Translations under genes and position numbers: made by a program
Notes under the pieces: model-generated
Databases searched by the model: none
Told to the model about the DNA's origin: nothing
Seen by the model: only the letters and a program-made list of their open reading frames with translations
Part shown: piece by piece, positions 62,899-64,000 of the stretch
How positions within the stretch are numbered: the stretch's first letter is position 1
Layout: every line of letters begins with the position of its first letter
From: Mytilus californianus
Lineage: Eukaryota
Direction of reading: 5' to 3'
Length of the DNA: 64,000 nt
Assembly (NCBI RefSeq): GCF_021869535.1
Contig: NW_026262740.1
Coordinates: forward strand, 124,001-188,000

Positions 62899-63835
62899 GT
62901 ATGTCAAGTCTTATTTTTCATTTTCTGTATCAATGGCCGATACAACTGATGGGTGACTATCAGTACTGCATGAATTCTTCTCCTCTGTAGTCAGTGCATC
63001 AGTACTCGTATAAATGGGCCGATACAACTGATGGGTGACTATAAGTCCCGCAAGGTATCTTCGTCTATAAAGTCAGTGCTTCGGTACTGGCAAACTTTAT
63101 TATATACCAATTTTTAAATTTGCATTTGATAAATTTAGGAATTATTGTGACACTAAAATTATGAGTGACAAAAGATGTTTTTGTTAACATTTTATTTTTT
63201 TTAGTATCCCATTTTCTTTTCCATATTTGTTCCAAGACTGCAGCGTCAAGAAATAATAGAGACTAGTATTCCTGGAGATGTAAAACAACCTCGTGATTTC
63301 CTTACCCAGGTATTATGTTATGCCTTATTAAAAATCTTCCGCAAAGAAATTGAAAATAAACAGCTGAAAAGATTTATTCTTTTCCTAATTTTTGAAGGCT
63401 GAAATTTGATTTCAGAAGTAATAGAACCTTTAATGTCGTATTGCAAGTTCAACTGGGATGCGTCAGGCACCTACGGACAATGGGGAAAAGACTGGTGGCA
63501 AGATAGTTATAAAAAGTGTTAGGAAGATTTAAATTCAGTGTCACATTTATATAAAACTTTTTTGTATAATGGGTTTCTGCTATCAAATTATCATTGAATA
63601 CGTTTACAAAGCATACACGTACATAAAACAACATAATGTCGAATAAAAGTTAGTGTGTGTTTATTGTCTCTGGTTTTCATACGGCACTGTGAACCTGTAC
63701 GCCCCATTTTGGCAAGGGTTTGACTGCCGATCTGAAGAAAGATCAATAAATACAATGTTATAAATCCCCCTGAGGCAAATCAATCTTCCCACGAATATGC
63801 TTTGTTAGAATCATGATTGAAGGGTTTAAGGGTAT

Positions 63836-64000
63836 GATGATTGATAGCTACTATACGTTCAATGGCAAATATTTCATGCATGATCAGCACGAGACCAAAT
63901 TAACAATAAATACAAAAGGTATTTTCTGTTATGGAAGCTGTCCGGGACATTTCGACTACCTCTTGAAAATGTGAGTAAATTGGATACGGACATACAGTTG
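63836..64000 (-). mobile_element. SINE-like element, 3' end, degraded, runs off the window
   Basis: GATGATTGATAG tail and GTTCAATGGCAAATATTTCATGCATG motif. Confidence 0.7.

Noticed and set aside
63435-63510. DIRS-type RNase H motif (DASGTYGQWGKDWW)
   Set aside because: Too short, with no supporting RT or tyrosine recombinase sequence nearby.

Overview
AT-rich, repeat-dense eukaryotic DNA with spliceosomal introns. The repeat families and gene types resemble a marine mussel (Mytilus-like bivalve); this is inferred from recalled sequence motifs, not from a database search. Genes: (1) two paralogous NHL-type beta-propeller terminal exons. Copy A (5982-9419) is split by a 2.6-kb PIF/Harbinger-type element with a TAA target duplication. 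Copy B (21759-22552) is phase-compatible with three upstream exons at 10.1-11.0 kb. (2) Four tandem ~1.9-kb units on the minus strand, each carrying one phase 1-1 fibronectin type III-like exon; two are intact and two have stop codons. (3) A two-exon coiled-coil ORF at 45.0-46.9 kb. (4) A decayed CACTA/EnSpm transposase next to a decayed multi-exon minus-strand gene. (5) A decayed exon rich in YxxL motifs near 62.3-62.9 kb. Repeats: more than 20 copies of a ~420-bp TPRT-inserted SINE-like element with no recognisable tRNA head; one tRNA-derived V-type SINE; a Penelope-like RT remnant; a MITE-cargo-MITE composite; an 80-bp TTAA micro-MITE; a ~257-bp satellite; and a macrosatellite built around TTAGGG-like hexamers. 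Retrozyme-like repeats carry type I hammerhead ribozymes, with one apparently intact core at 18478-18523 on the minus strand. There is an assembly gap at 52675-52775.
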